Below the pieces are notes generated by a model. That model saw nothing but the letters and a program-made list of their open reading frames with translations, did no database searches and had not been told where the DNA came from. Below, in pieces: positions 50,846-61,072 of a stretch of 64,000 nucleotides of DNA (the first letter of the stretch is position 1; each line of letters begins with the position of its first letter). Source of the DNA: an uncultured bacterium (lineage in GTDB: Bacteria; Oederibacteriota; JAAXVQ01; JAUVAV01); the NCBI GenBank assembly GCA_963710755.1, contig CAVQBK010000013.1, positions 96,001 to 160,000 of the forward strand, written 5' to 3'. The translations under genes and the position numbers were made by a program.

Positions 50846-51054
50846 AGGTGCATCCCACTATAACATCAGAAAAAAGGTGCATCAATTTTCGATGCCAGGA
50901 AAAATGTATTAAATAATTATATTCAAATAGATTGTTTCATTTTAAGAAAAAAGAAGGTGTACTTTTTTGGAAGATCCTTGAGGATGGGAGCCAGAGCAAA
51001 CCCTTTGGCTTGCCCCTTTGTTTACCCCATGACGGTTATTTCGGTCCACACTTG

Positions 51055-51423
51055 CTACAGTTGATCGAGCGATAAAATGCCCTTAATATCCTTGTCCTGT
51101 CCGATCACCAGGACTTCCCGCTGATTTTGTTCTTTCATCAACTGGGTAACTTCGTCGAGATCATGCTCTTCCAGCACATATTTCACATGACTCTTCATGA
51201 CATCGGCCACCATAAGCTGGTCTACGCCGGATGCGTTTTCCAATCTGTATTGATTAATATCACGTTCTGCAATAATGCCGGTTAATCGGCCATCATTAAA
51301 AACCGGTAAAAAGGCCACACGGCGTGATTTCATTTTAGCTTCCGCTTCCTTGACCGGTAACTGGGATTCAACCAGCTCTACATTTTCAATCATTTTTTCC
51401 TTTACCTGCGCCATTGTTGCCAC
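51055..51423 (-). CDS. CBS domain-containing protein
   Basis: Two CBS repeats (LPV...GIIAERDI; GILSL); GGAGG RBS, GTG start. Confidence 0.88.
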   Translation of the reverse strand: MATMAQVKEKMIENVELVESQLPVKEAEAKMKSRRVAFLPVFNDGRLTGIIAERDINQYRLENASGVDQLMVADVMKSHVKYVLEEHDLDEVTQLMKEQNQREVLVIGQDKDIKGILSLDQL

Positions 51424-51629
51424 CTCCCTGTTCTGGTTCGATTTTTCCCTCTCAGTAATTCAATGGCCAACACTATCCTATTGACCAGACCCTTTTGTCT
51501 TACTATAATTACTACTCTAATGTTTTGAAGTCAAATCATTTTTCTTGCAAGTGAAATAGGCATAATTGGGACAACATCGCCGAGGTTCACCTTGCATGAA
51601 AGTATATACCTTCATGAGGAGTTAAAATC

Positions 51630-52367
51630 ATGATGTACTCCAACAGCCGGGAGTTTGGGGCCACCTCCTCCCTCAAGACAGAAACACTCACTGTGCATTG
51701 GGCTGCACTCTTTATTATGCCTGGGGTGTTCTTATTACTGTTTTTGCTTCCTGCTTTACTGCCTCTTGATGCCCAATGGTCTCGGTGGCTCTTGATCCCC
51801 CAACAGTGGCCTTGGTGGCATTTTGCTGTGATTTATATGGCCGCCGGCTTGCTGACCATTCCTAGAACCCTCATTGCCATAAGTGCCGGATTTTTTTTGG
51901 GATTAAAAGCAGGAATGATTGCCGCCTTTTCCGGTTGGCTGATAGCGTCTTTGGCGGCTTATATGATTGGTTTTTATTTGGCCGGCAAACTTTTACCCCA
52001 CTTTTTATTCATTAACAGCAATTTTAAAATTATTCAGCAGCAAGCGCAAAAACACGGATTCAAGACGGCTCTCCTTTGCCGGCTGTTGCCGGTCTTTCCC
52101 CTGGGGTGGTCGTCTTATGCATTGGGAAGTATGAAGGCGGGCTTTATGGATTATTTAGGCGGTTCTCTTCTGGGATCACTGCCTCTTACGTTAGCCTACG
52201 TCGGGCTGGGTCAAAGTGTCCGAGTAGCGGGCATCCTCCTATCCGGCGCACCATTGGACCTGGGGATGAAAGCTTATGCTCCCCTGGTGATGACCATACT
52301 CATGCTAGCCGCTGCTGTAACCTTTGGGGTTCATTTTAAAAGCCAGTTCGGTCCTGCAGCACGGTAG
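51630..52367 (+). CDS. TVP38/TMEM64 (VTT domain) membrane protein
   Basis: P...I..G..LG, RLLPVFP, SYALG, GSLP. Confidence 0.85.
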   Translation: MMYSNSREFGATSSLKTETLTVHWAALFIMPGVFLLLFLLPALLPLDAQWSRWLLIPQQWPWWHFAVIYMAAGLLTIPRTLIAISAGFFLGLKAGMIAAFSGWLIASLAAYMIGFYLAGKLLPHFLFINSNFKIIQQQAQKHGFKTALLCRLLPVFPLGWSSYALGSMKAGFMDYLGGSLLGSLPLTLAYVGLGQSVRVAGILLSGAPLDLGMKAYAPLVMTILMLAAAVTFGVHFKSQFGPAAR

Positions 52368-52419
52368 CCCTGGTCACTCATCCAAAAGGAATGGATGAAT
52401 TAGCCCTTGGCCAAGGGGG

Positions 52420-52461
52420 TTGACAAGCTTTGTTGAACCATGTAGTATTTTCGAGGTCTAA
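52420..52461 (+). promoter_or_regulatory. Sigma-70 promoter with adjacent CosR-like operator
   Basis: TTGACA-N17-TAGTAT followed by TTCGA-GG-TCTAA at 52450-52461. Confidence 0.65.
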
Positions 52462-52493
52462 TTATTGGTATTGAAATGATTGGGAGTTTAACT

Positions 52494-53057
52494 ATGGCCG
52501 ATAAAGCCAAAGCCATTGCACCTGCGGTAAATCCTAAATTAACAGCCACCAGCACCAATAAAAATGTACGGGTATTGCAGGCGCTGCGAAGAATAGTGCG
52601 GGCCATTGAATTACACTCGAAAAAACTGGCTCATCAGTATCATATCACAGCTCCTCAGTTGGTCTGTTTAATCAAGCTCAGAGAAGACGGCCCTTTGACC
52701 ATTACAGCCCTTTCCCGGCTGGTTCATCTCAGTCCCAGCACGTTGGTTGGTATTATGGACCGGTTGGAAGAAAAGGCGCTGGTACAGCGCACACGCAGCA
52801 GCCATGACCGCCGGGTGGTGCATATCTCCATTACCGCCAAAGGCATCCTCCTGGCCGAACAAGCGCCTTCTCCCCTGCAAGACAAACTGGCTCAGGCCTT
52901 GGATCTGCTGCCGGAACTGGAACATTTGTCTATTACCCTGGCTTTGGAAAAAATTGTGGACTTGATGGAAGCCGGCCATATCGAAGGCGAACCGGTATTA
53001 AAAACCGGTCCAGTCCATCAACTCAGCGATGATCCTGACCACGCCGCAGAGCAATAA
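52494..53057 (+). CDS. MarR family regulator, CosR/EctR-like
   Basis: LRRIVRAIELHSKKL...TAPQL, DRR, APSPLQ resemble the CosR/EctR subfamily; directly upstream of osmolyte genes. Confidence 0.85.
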   Translation: MADKAKAIAPAVNPKLTATSTNKNVRVLQALRRIVRAIELHSKKLAHQYHITAPQLVCLIKLREDGPLTITALSRLVHLSPSTLVGIMDRLEEKALVQRTRSSHDRRVVHISITAKGILLAEQAPSPLQDKLAQALDLLPELEHLSITLALEKIVDLMEAGHIEGEPVLKTGPVHQLSDDPDHAAEQ

Positions 53058-53100
53058 CCCTTTTCAGACCACCTACTTCCAAAAACTTCAGAAATGAGTC

Positions 53101-54003
53101 ATGATGAACATTATTGATGGAAAGTTACATTTATCCGAACATCAAAGCGTTGATATCGTTTTGGGCGATTACAATCAAAGAATTAAGCTCTATGGTCTTA
53201 CCGGCACGGACCTCAACCAGGAGCGGCTGGAATGGCTGTGCCGCCAACAAAGCACCCTGGGTCATCCTTACGGCAAAATTATCGTTTATGCCCTGCCCGG
53301 CGGGGAAATGGACTGGCTGGCTATGGGTTTTGTAAAAGAAGGGGTAATTGGGGGTTTTTTTCGTAATCAGACCGACGCGGTTATCAGGTCTTATTTTATC
53401 GACCCCGACCGGCGCAGTGATGAGTTGCAAGCCAAACACGACAAATATGTGCAAATCGCCAGGGATAAAGCTTCTATTACGCCCGCCTGTCCAAAGGGCT
53501 TTACCTGCCATTTGGCCCAGCCCGAAGATGCTCCGGCAATTTCAGCGCTTCTAAAGCGGACTTTCAAGGATTACCCCTCCTCCCTGGAAGCGGATCACCT
53601 GCAAAAAGCAATGGCCAACCGGCACAACCACTTCCGTCTCATCCGCAACCACCGGCAACAGCTGGTGGCGGCCATGTCCGCTGAAATCGACCACGAACGA
53701 AGCAGCGCAGAAATGACGGATTGCGCTACGGACCCTGACTACCGCGGCTTGGGTCTGATGGCCTGCCTGCTTGGCCGTCTTGAGCAAGACTTACATAAAC
53801 AATTTGGCATCATCAATTTCTATACCTTGGCCCGGGCGGACATGCTCAGCATCAATTGCGTGTTCAGCAAACTGGACTACCATTACACGGGACGGCTGGT
53901 CAACAACTGCCGCATGCCCAATGGATGGGAGTCCATGAATATCTGGTGCAAAAGGTTATCACCAAAGGAGAACCATGGATCATCGCAGCCAGCGTCAAAA
54001 TGA
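53101..54003 (+). CDS. ablB: Beta-lysine N-acetyltransferase
   Basis: [52 protein letters not shown]. Confidence 0.88.
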   Translation: MMNIIDGKLHLSEHQSVDIVLGDYNQRIKLYGLTGTDLNQERLEWLCRQQSTLGHPYGKIIVYALPGGEMDWLAMGFVKEGVIGGFFRNQTDAVIRSYFIDPDRRSDELQAKHDKYVQIARDKASITPACPKGFTCHLAQPEDAPAISALLKRTFKDYPSSLEADHLQKAMANRHNHFRLIRNHRQQLVAAMSAEIDHERSSAEMTDCATDPDYRGLGLMACLLGRLEQDLHKQFGIINFYTLARADMLSINCVFSKLDYHYTGRLVNNCRMPNGWESMNIWCKRLSPKENHGSSQPASK

Positions 54004-55300
54004 AATATCCAGTCAAATCAATGAGCATTCAGCCGCTACCAATGCCTCCCATTGGTATGACTGGCAGTGGCAATTGCGCCATTGCGTCAGAAATATGGAT
54101 CAATTTGAACACTTATTGGGGGTAACCTTTCCTGAAGAAAAGATGCGTCAACTAAAAGAAGCGGCCGCCAAATTTCCCATTTCCGTGACCCCTTACTATC
54201 TGTCTTTAATTGATACCACCGATCTGGAGAACGACCCGATCTTCAAGCAATCTTGTCCTTCTTCCCTGGAATTACAGACCATGCATCATGATTTGGCTGA
54301 TCCGCTTTCAGAGGACAAAGACAGCCCGGTCCCAGGCATCACCCACCGCTATCCGGACCGGGTGTTGTTTTTGGTTTCCAATACGTGCACCATGTATTGC
54401 CGGCATTGCACCCGCAAACGCAAGGTGGGTGAAAAAGACTCCATCCCCTCAAAAACAGCGGTCAAAAAAGGCCTGGAGTATATCCGGTCCACGCCGGCGG
54501 TACGCGATGTGCTACTCTCCGGCGGCGATCCCTTTTTGCTCCCCGATGATTATCTGGATTGGATTTTAACGGAATTACGCAAAATCAAACATGTGGAAAT
54601 TATCCGTATCGGCACCAGGACCCCGGTGGTACTTCCCTATCGCATCACCGACAATCTGGTGAACATGCTTAAACGCCATCACCCTCTGTGGATCAACACC
54701 CATTTTAACCATCCCCGGGAAATCACCAAATCATCGAGCATAGCCCTGGCCAAATTGGCTGATGCCGGCATCCCTCTAGGCAACCAGTCGGTGCTGCTGG
54801 CCGGGGTTAATGACTGCCCCAGAATCATGAAGCGGTTGATGCAAAAGCTGGTCCAGAACCGGGTGCGTCCCTATTACATGTATCAATGTGATCTTTCGGA
54901 AGGGCTGAATCATTTCCGTACGCCTGTGGGCAAAGGCATCGAAATTTTGGAGAGTCTTATTGGTCATACCAGCGGGTTGTGCGTACCGACGTATGTTATT
55001 GACGCACCCGGTGGCGGCGGCAAGATTCCCATCATGCCTCAGTATCTGATTTCCTGGTCCACCAATAAAGTGATCCTGCGTAATTATGAAGGCGTGATCA
55101 CCACTTATCGCGAGCCCGATTCGTACGAGCCCTTTTTCTGCAACCGCAATTGCGACCACTGCCAGTTACAGCTGAAGTTGGACCCCAAAGAGGATCCCGA
55201 AACCGTGGGGATCGAAAAACTGCTGGCCGATTACGATGAAACCATTGCCCTCGTTCCCAGCAACACGAGCCGTCTGAAACGGCGGCGCCGGAAGAGTTGA
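53975..55300 (+). CDS. ablA: Lysine 2,3-aminomutase
   Basis: [38 protein letters not shown]; overlaps ablB. Confidence 0.93.
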   Translation: MDHRSQRQNEISSQINEHSAATNASHWYDWQWQLRHCVRNMDQFEHLLGVTFPEEKMRQLKEAAAKFPISVTPYYLSLIDTTDLENDPIFKQSCPSSLELQTMHHDLADPLSEDKDSPVPGITHRYPDRVLFLVSNTCTMYCRHCTRKRKVGEKDSIPSKTAVKKGLEYIRSTPAVRDVLLSGGDPFLLPDDYLDWILTELRKIKHVEIIRIGTRTPVVLPYRITDNLVNMLKRHHPLWINTHFNHPREITKSSSIALAKLADAGIPLGNQSVLLAGVNDCPRIMKRLMQKLVQNRVRPYYMYQCDLSEGLNHFRTPVGKGIEILESLIGHTSGLCVPTYVIDAPGGGGKIPIMPQYLISWSTNKVILRNYEGVITTYREPDSYEPFFCNRNCDHCQLQLKLDPKEDPETVGIEKLLADYDETIALVPSNTSRLKRRRRKS

Positions 55301-55309
55301 GCGGCCTGC

Positions 55310-55858
55310 TTATTTAATGGGCGCCACATAATAAATCATTTTAGCCTGCATATCATCCAATTCATAAGGTGTGTCCAGGGTGTAGCCTTTGGCTTGAGCG
55401 GCTTTCGTAAGCGCCGGATAACCCTTCATGGGCCCCAGACTGTAGGACAAGGCATTGCGCAAAGGAAACGCAGCCACCAGACAGAGACGCTGCTCCACGG
55501 TTTTAATCTGATAGCGGGTTTTCAATTCCTCTACTTTGGACAGATCGGCTTCAGGCACCACCAGGCCACAGTCGCTGCGCAATTTCATTTTATCCACCTT
55601 ACGGGGATCATCATAATAAATACCCAGTCCCAGGGTGGGGGTGATGCCTTCTTTTTGCACTTGATTGTAAACCCGCATGAACACTTTGCCTGTATCCTGG
55701 TAAGGTCCTTGGTAGGCTTCATACACCATGGTGTAGGGCCCCATGGTTTTTTCTGAAACGGCAAGTGAGGAAAACATGCCCATATAACCCAGAAACGCAG
55801 CCAGCCCAATGGCCAGACCCAACAGCGCCACACTCGTCACTGCCAGTATTTTTCTCAT
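55310..55858 (-). CDS. GyrI-like small-molecule-binding protein with N-terminal anchor
   Basis: GPYQ..G, GIYYDDP, LRSDCG. Confidence 0.75.
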   Translation of the reverse strand: MRKILAVTSVALLGLAIGLAAFLGYMGMFSSLAVSEKTMGPYTMVYEAYQGPYQDTGKVFMRVYNQVQKEGITPTLGLGIYYDDPRKVDKMKLRSDCGLVVPEADLSKVEELKTRYQIKTVEQRLCLVAAFPLRNALSYSLGPMKGYPALTKAAQAKGYTLDTPYELDDMQAKMIYYVAPIK

Positions 55859-55972
55859 GATACACTCCTTGGTTTGTGAGACTATGCCTGCACCCAGCCT
55901 CGCCCCGCCAAAAATTTGGAGAGAGGGATTGCAAGGTATTGTATGCCATGGTCATGGCGGGGTCCATAAAAT

Positions 55973-57673
55973 TTAAGATTTCGGCATTTTTTTTAAAAAT
56001 TCGAAATTACAGATGCGAATATCGGGCTGGCCGCAATGGTCGCGAATCACCCTGCGTTCCTTATTAACAGAAATGAGCAAATGCTTGCCGCTCAGGTTTA
56101 GGTCTTCAACGCCCACCCGCTGCAGTTTTTCTTTGGTTAATTGAATGATATTAAAGTACTCTTCCCGCGTAATAATACCTTCACGGTAGGCATACAGGGT
56201 GTTAATGCCTTCGCAAAAATCATCTTCTGCCTCTGCCAGACGTTCATCAGGCCCGTTCCAATAGCCCCAGATAATGATGTAATGGCGGTCCTTCATGAGG
56301 ATGGGCTTACCATCCGGGGTGGTAAGCGGTTTATGGGTTTCATAACGCTGATTGTCAAAAAAACGGTCAATAATGTCACTCTTGTTGGCCATCATATAAA
56401 TGGCCCGGGGATAAATGGTAGCCACACCCTTTTGGTTTAATTCCACGGCCAGTTGAACTTCTTCAAAGGGACTATTGTACCCGTATTCCAGAATTTTGCG
56501 CTCATCATCCAAAAAAGGGTCCATATCGGGGACCAGTCCCACCTTGGACACTTCCCACACCACATGCAGGTTGTCTTTGGTAATAGTGTAATAACTCTCA
56601 CTGAACATGGATATTTTAGTACGTTTGGTGCTTTCCCAGCGTTCGGGCATGAAAAAATCGAACAGAAATGGGTCTTTTCCCACCACCCACAGACGGCCTT
56701 TGGTGCTTTCCACTTGGCCAAAAATATAGTCCACATCAAAAATACGCATGTGGTTCAACCCATCGTTGATAGTGATCGGCACTTCAATGGCAAAACGATT
56801 TTTCTGCCGGCGGTGATAATCCTTACGCTTTACTTTTTTCAAAATCCGCTCTTTTTCTTCCGTACGTGCCAGCAGTTCAAAATCAATCAGGGCGTAGTGT
56901 TCAGTCGGACATGAATGTTGGTCGCGGCCGTTCAGGCGCTGAGGATCGACCACCACATGGTTGGGCTTGTTATCGCGCACCACAAACCCCAGCCGGCTAA
57001 GCTTCTCCGCAGCATCAGCCGCCAAATTCCGGGCCTGCTCCCCGTTGATCAGGCGGTTTTCAAAAGCCAGGGCCGCGTCCATACCATCCACCCATTGATA
57101 AATCATCATATAGAGCCGGTTCATGTCCAGGTCTACATCCACATGTTGGCTGATGAGCATTTTCATTTTGTATTCGCTTCTGCCGGTTTGCCACAATTTA
57201 TGCCGCTGAGCGGGCACATAGATGGCCAAGGGTTTCTGGATGGCAATCAAGTAAGGCGAGTCTATAACTGCGTCCTGCAGCTGTTGCACCAGGGCAAATT
57301 CTTCAAAGGGACTGTTAAAACGGGCATGAAGTAAATCTTCGTAAATTTCAGCTCCGGGAATCTCCTCACCCATGCGGTTCCATTTAATCACCAGGTCATG
57401 GTCGCGGTTGTCGATCGCTTTGGTCCTAACCTTGTAAACACAACTGGTACCGGCCAAACGCTGGGCATGTTCCTTGAACCAGGGACTCTCGGCCTTGAAA
57501 TCCATGGGATTGTGCGCATTCAAAATGGGCAACCCCTCGCGGGTGATGAAAAAATCATCGTCATTTCCCATCCTGATATGGGCATACTCCACATCGAAAA
57601 TAGTTCTCACGCCAAAGGCTTGCTGGCCTTGTTTGCTCTCGTACCAGCTTCTGATCAAATCATCCTTAATCAT
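55973..57673 (-). CDS. Hypothetical protein with two tandem protein-kinase-like domains
   Basis: Internal duplication (FNSPFEEF / YNSPFEEV); the N-terminal half has LVIK, RDNKPNH and IDFE; AAGGAG RBS. Confidence 0.65.
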   Translation of the reverse strand: MIKDDLIRSWYESKQGQQAFGVRTIFDVEYAHIRMGNDDDFFITREGLPILNAHNPMDFKAESPWFKEHAQRLAGTSCVYKVRTKAIDNRDHDLVIKWNRMGEEIPGAEIYEDLLHARFNSPFEEFALVQQLQDAVIDSPYLIAIQKPLAIYVPAQRHKLWQTGRSEYKMKMLISQHVDVDLDMNRLYMMIYQWVDGMDAALAFENRLINGEQARNLAADAAEKLSRLGFVVRDNKPNHVVVDPQRLNGRDQHSCPTEHYALIDFELLARTEEKERILKKVKRKDYHRRQKNRFAIEVPITINDGLNHMRIFDVDYIFGQVESTKGRLWVVGKDPFLFDFFMPERWESTKRTKISMFSESYYTITKDNLHVVWEVSKVGLVPDMDPFLDDERKILEYGYNSPFEEVQLAVELNQKGVATIYPRAIYMMANKSDIIDRFFDNQRYETHKPLTTPDGKPILMKDRHYIIIWGYWNGPDERLAEAEDDFCEGINTLYAYREGIITREEYFNIIQLTKEKLQRVGVEDLNLSGKHLLISVNKERRVIRDHCGQPDIRICNFEFLKKMPKS

Positions 57674-57767
57674 TCGTCTTTTACTCCTTAGTTGCCCAGC
57701 CGTAGGCGTTCTTTCCAGCTAATATCTTTACCAGGTTTTACGGAGGGAACCATTCTGCCGGCTCAGC

Positions 57768-58181
57768 TTACAAATCAAAATAAACTTCCCCTTCCCATTT
57801 TCCTTGATTAACAGACACCTTCAACTGGTGGTAAGTGGCGCTTTTAATTTCACGTACCAAAGTCCCCTCGCCCAGAATGGCAAACGAGCCGTCTACTGTG
57901 AGCTCGTGGCCCTGCTCCTCTTGTTCCACCTTAATCCGCCCTGCAATCATATGATGGACTGTGGCCTCATAAATAAGTTCGTTTAAAAAGTGGACCAACA
58001 ACTCCTGCTCATCTTCTCCTATTAAAACTATAGTCTTTCGTTGAACCGGACCGGCCGGCAGCCGGACAGTCATGATGGCGTTCAACCCTGCGGCCGCCTC
58101 CTGATAAAAACTTTCCCGCGAGTATGCCCATACCCTCAAACCCATGTCCGCCGTATGCTCCAACAGCTCAAACCCTTTCAT
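57768..58181 (-). CDS. Archease
   Basis: EHTADMG, EIKSATYH, YFDL C-terminus; overlaps rtcB. Confidence 0.93.
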   Translation of the reverse strand: MKGFELLEHTADMGLRVWAYSRESFYQEAAAGLNAIMTVRLPAGPVQRKTIVLIGEDEQELLVHFLNELIYEATVHHMIAGRIKVEQEEQGHELTVDGSFAILGEGTLVREIKSATYHQLKVSVNQGKWEGEVYFDL

Positions 58182-59644
58182 CCCTTGATCACGCCCATAG
58201 GAACCAGCCGTGCGGCCTTTTTGGACAATCCCAGGCGATGGGCCACCTCCACCACCCGGTCAATTTCTTTGTATGCTCCGGGCGCCTCCTCCACCAAGGT
58301 CTTGCGGTTATGCGCCATTACCTCTATGCCTTTGGCTGCTAAAGCCGGCAGCAGAGTCTGATGCTTAAATTTTTTCAAAGCACCCTGCCGGGAAAGCACC
58401 CTGCCCGCACCGTGCGCAGTGGAACCAAAGGACAACGTCATGGCCTGGGGGGCGCCGACAGCCACATAAGACGCGGTGCCCATGCTGCCAGGAATTAATA
58501 CCGGCTGACCGAGGTGACGGTAATCGGCAGGCACGTCACTATGATCGGCAGGAAAAGAGCGGGTAGCGCCTTTGCGGTGGACACATACCGGCAGGATTTG
58601 GCCTCCTACTTGGTGGTTTTCAATTTTGGCGATATTATGGGCCACATCATAAACCAATCTTAGTCCCAAAGCACCCCAGCTTTTTTGAAACACTTTCTCA
58701 AAGCTCTCCCTGACCCAATGAGTAATACATTGCCGGTTGGCCCAGGCATAATTGGCGGCTGCTGCCATAGCCGCCAGGTAATCTTGGCCTTCCCTGGACT
58801 TGACCGGCGCGCAGGCCAATTGCCGATCCGGCAGCTCGATGCCATAGTAGCGTGCAGACTGAATAAAAAGAGGTAAAAAATCATCGCATACTTGATAGCC
58901 CAATCCCCGGGACCCGCAATGAATCAAAATGCATATCTGACCCTTTTCCAGACCAAGGCCGCGGGCAACCTCTGAATCAAAGAGCTCATCCACCTTTTGG
59001 ATTTCCAAAAAGTGGTTGCCCGAGCCCAAGGTACCCAGTTGCTGTGCTCCCCGTTCTTTGGCGCGTGTGCTGACGAGGTCATCATCAGCATTGGCTATGA
59101 CGCCCTGGCTTTCGGTATGAGCCAGATCTTCATCCGTGCCAAAACCTTGCTCCACCGCCCAAGCGGCGCCCCGGTGCAAGACTTGGTTCATCATGGACGG
59201 CTTCAGGTTTATGCGGCCTTTGCTGCCCACGCCGCTGGGAACGGCTTGGTACAACGCCTTGACCAAGGCTTCCAAACGTGGCCGCAGGTCTTCTTCCCGC
59301 AAATCGGACCGTATTAGGCGTACTCCGCAGTTGATGTCATAGCCCACCCCGCCGGGAGAGACAATGCCGGTCTCTACATCAAATGCCGCCACCCCGCCGA
59401 TGGGAAATCCATAACCCCAATGGATATCGGGCATGGCCAGAGCCCGGCCCACAATGCCCGGTAAGCAGGCCACATGGTGTACTTGTTCCAGGGCCTTATC
59501 CTGCATGGCCGCTTGCACAAGCTGCTCATCAGCAAATACTAGCCCATCAACCTTCATATTTGGGTGATCCTGCCTGCTGATAAGCCATTGAAAAGGGGCA
59601 ATTTCTTTCAAGGCGCCGATGGAATGGAGGTCTGGTTTAGCCAT
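58178..59644 (-). CDS. rtcB: RNA-splicing ligase RtcB
   Basis: MPDIHWGYGFPIG, GYDINCG, GSGNHF, HCGSRG, HRKGAT, PGSMG, HGAGR. Confidence 0.95.
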   Translation of the reverse strand: MAKPDLHSIGALKEIAPFQWLISRQDHPNMKVDGLVFADEQLVQAAMQDKALEQVHHVACLPGIVGRALAMPDIHWGYGFPIGGVAAFDVETGIVSPGGVGYDINCGVRLIRSDLREEDLRPRLEALVKALYQAVPSGVGSKGRINLKPSMMNQVLHRGAAWAVEQGFGTDEDLAHTESQGVIANADDDLVSTRAKERGAQQLGTLGSGNHFLEIQKVDELFDSEVARGLGLEKGQICILIHCGSRGLGYQVCDDFLPLFIQSARYYGIELPDRQLACAPVKSREGQDYLAAMAAAANYAWANRQCITHWVRESFEKVFQKSWGALGLRLVYDVAHNIAKIENHQVGGQILPVCVHRKGATRSFPADHSDVPADYRHLGQPVLIPGSMGTASYVAVGAPQAMTLSFGSTAHGAGRVLSRQGALKKFKHQTLLPALAAKGIEVMAHNRKTLVEEAPGAYKEIDRVVEVAHRLGLSKKAARLVPMGVIKG

Positions 59645-59827
59645 GGGTAACCTCTTTTGGCTTTAAATAATCCGCCTCGGTCAGGATTAGAACTACCGCA
59701 TTTTGATAGAAATCATCACACCTTTTAAAGAGGCTGTCAATGGAAGGAAGAGGATTTTCATATGAATTTTAATTGAAATTAATATAAATATGTTTTATTA
59801 AGAAAAACAGTGAAAAAAAATTATATC

Positions 59828-59876
59828 ATCACAATAAAATACCCCGCAATTTAATTGCGGGGTATTTTATTGTGAT
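59828..59876 (-). terminator. Perfect 23-bp inverted repeat, probable terminator
   Basis: atcacaataaaataccccgcaat-tta-attgcggggtattttattgtgat just downstream of the lipoprotein gene. Confidence 0.8.
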
Positions 59877-59898
59877 TTAACCAACCAGGTTTATTGGA

Positions 59899-60357
59899 CT
59901 AATTCCAATTAACGTTTGGTATTTGATAAATGTATGGTGTCTCAGGTTGTGTATCTTTGGTATAAGTTGGCGATGACCCAATTTCAACATCATTTTCATA
60001 AATCGTAATCTTGGCATTACCACCATCCAACACAGCAAATCCGCCACCCACTCCAGGACATTGATTATGTCCGATAGTAATTGTTGTTTCCCAAGGTAAA
60101 GCAACCATACCAACTTGCACTTCGTTGCCCCAAGAGTCACCATAACCAACAAAGCATTGTTGAGAAGTGCCAGTGACAGCAATTTTAATTTGCGAAGTGG
60201 GCACGGCAAAGGTAGGCGTTGCGGTAGCAGTCGGCATTGTGGTCGGTGTAGCGGTAGGATCGGCCGGTTTGGGATCAGTTGGTGATTCGGAACAGCTCGC
60301 AATCATCATTCCCAGACAAGCAGCGGCCACCATGGTAATAAACAAGTTTCTTTTCAT
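59899..60357 (-). CDS. Lipoprotein with Pro/Thr-rich linker
   Basis: Lipobox IASC, PTATPTTMPTATATPT linker, small beta-rich domain with two Cys. Confidence 0.75.
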   Translation of the reverse strand: MKRNLFITMVAAACLGMMIASCSESPTDPKPADPTATPTTMPTATATPTFAVPTSQIKIAVTGTSQQCFVGYGDSWGNEVQVGMVALPWETTITIGHNQCPGVGGGFAVLDGGNAKITIYENDVEIGSSPTYTKDTQPETPYIYQIPNVNWN

Positions 60358-60405
60358 TGCTTTCCCCTTTCAATTCGATGATTTTTTCTTTCTTAATCAA
60401 CTTTA

Positions 60406-60433
60406 TTATCGTGATCATCACGACTCGACTTTA
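60406..60433 (-). promoter_or_regulatory. Sigma-28-like promoter
   Basis: TAAA-N16-CACGATAA on the minus strand, with an A11 tract upstream. Confidence 0.45.
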
Positions 60434-60465
60434 GGACTATAATTTTTTTTTTTACCGTCGTCTAA

Positions 60466-61044
60466 TTACTGCCAATGATAATTGATGACACATGAGGCAT
60501 GGCCATCGGCCACGCATTTAGGATGATCCCAGACCAGGTTTTGTGCGCCCGCAAATTCCAGAACCGCGCTAGTCCATCCGATAGTGCCCAAACAACCCGC
60601 CCGTCCGTAGACGTCGGCCCCCACCAATTCAAGGGACAACATCGTCGCGCTTTTATAGATGATATTGACCAGCCCGGCATTGAAATAATGCCTCCAGGCT
60701 GAGGGCAATTGACCGGCCACAAAGGCGGGAGAACCGATTTTTAAAAATAATTTCATAAACGTGGAAAAATCTTTTTGGGCGACAAATCGGGCGCCTTGGA
60801 TAAAGGCGTCCTCCTTTCCCTCGCCCCAGAGACGGTTGCAGACCTCATAAAGATGCAGATAGAGTTCCGCCGGATACCAGGCCACTTGCGGCATTTTTCC
60901 AACAGACCAAAGCTCTTTTTCCGAAGGTGATAATTCTCCTAAGAAATCTTTCAATCCCGTTCGGCCATATTGGCTGATAATCCATTCCCTGGTGCCGCTG
61001 AATATTAATCCTTTGACTGATCCTCTGCCCTTATCCGTTGTCAT
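60466..61044 (-). CDS. DUF2378/V4R-like protein, distant fifth paralog
   Basis: VKG, WYP, WRHYFNAG, L.FAGA and V4R-type C..DG...C; AAGGAG RBS before ATG 61044. Confidence 0.65.
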   Translation of the reverse strand: MTTDKGRGSVKGLIFSGTREWIISQYGRTGLKDFLGELSPSEKELWSVGKMPQVAWYPAELYLHLYEVCNRLWGEGKEDAFIQGARFVAQKDFSTFMKLFLKIGSPAFVAGQLPSAWRHYFNAGLVNIIYKSATMLSLELVGADVYGRAGCLGTIGWTSAVLEFAGAQNLVWDHPKCVADGHASCVINYHWQ

Positions 61045-61072
61045 GATTGCTCCTTCAAATGACTTAGGGTTA

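Noticed and set aside
50879-50897. Sigma-54 promoter (TGGCAT...TTGAT on the minus strand)
   Set aside because: The spacing is off by one and the -12 GC is absent.
53975-55300. EF-P modification enzyme EpmB or a lysine fermentation kam cluster
   Set aside because: Its length and overlap with the beta-lysine acetyltransferase fit AblA; no efp, epmA or kamDE nearby.
59877-60302. Alternative-frame 141-aa ORF
   Set aside because: It overlaps the lipoprotein, which has an RBS, a lipobox and a coherent composition.
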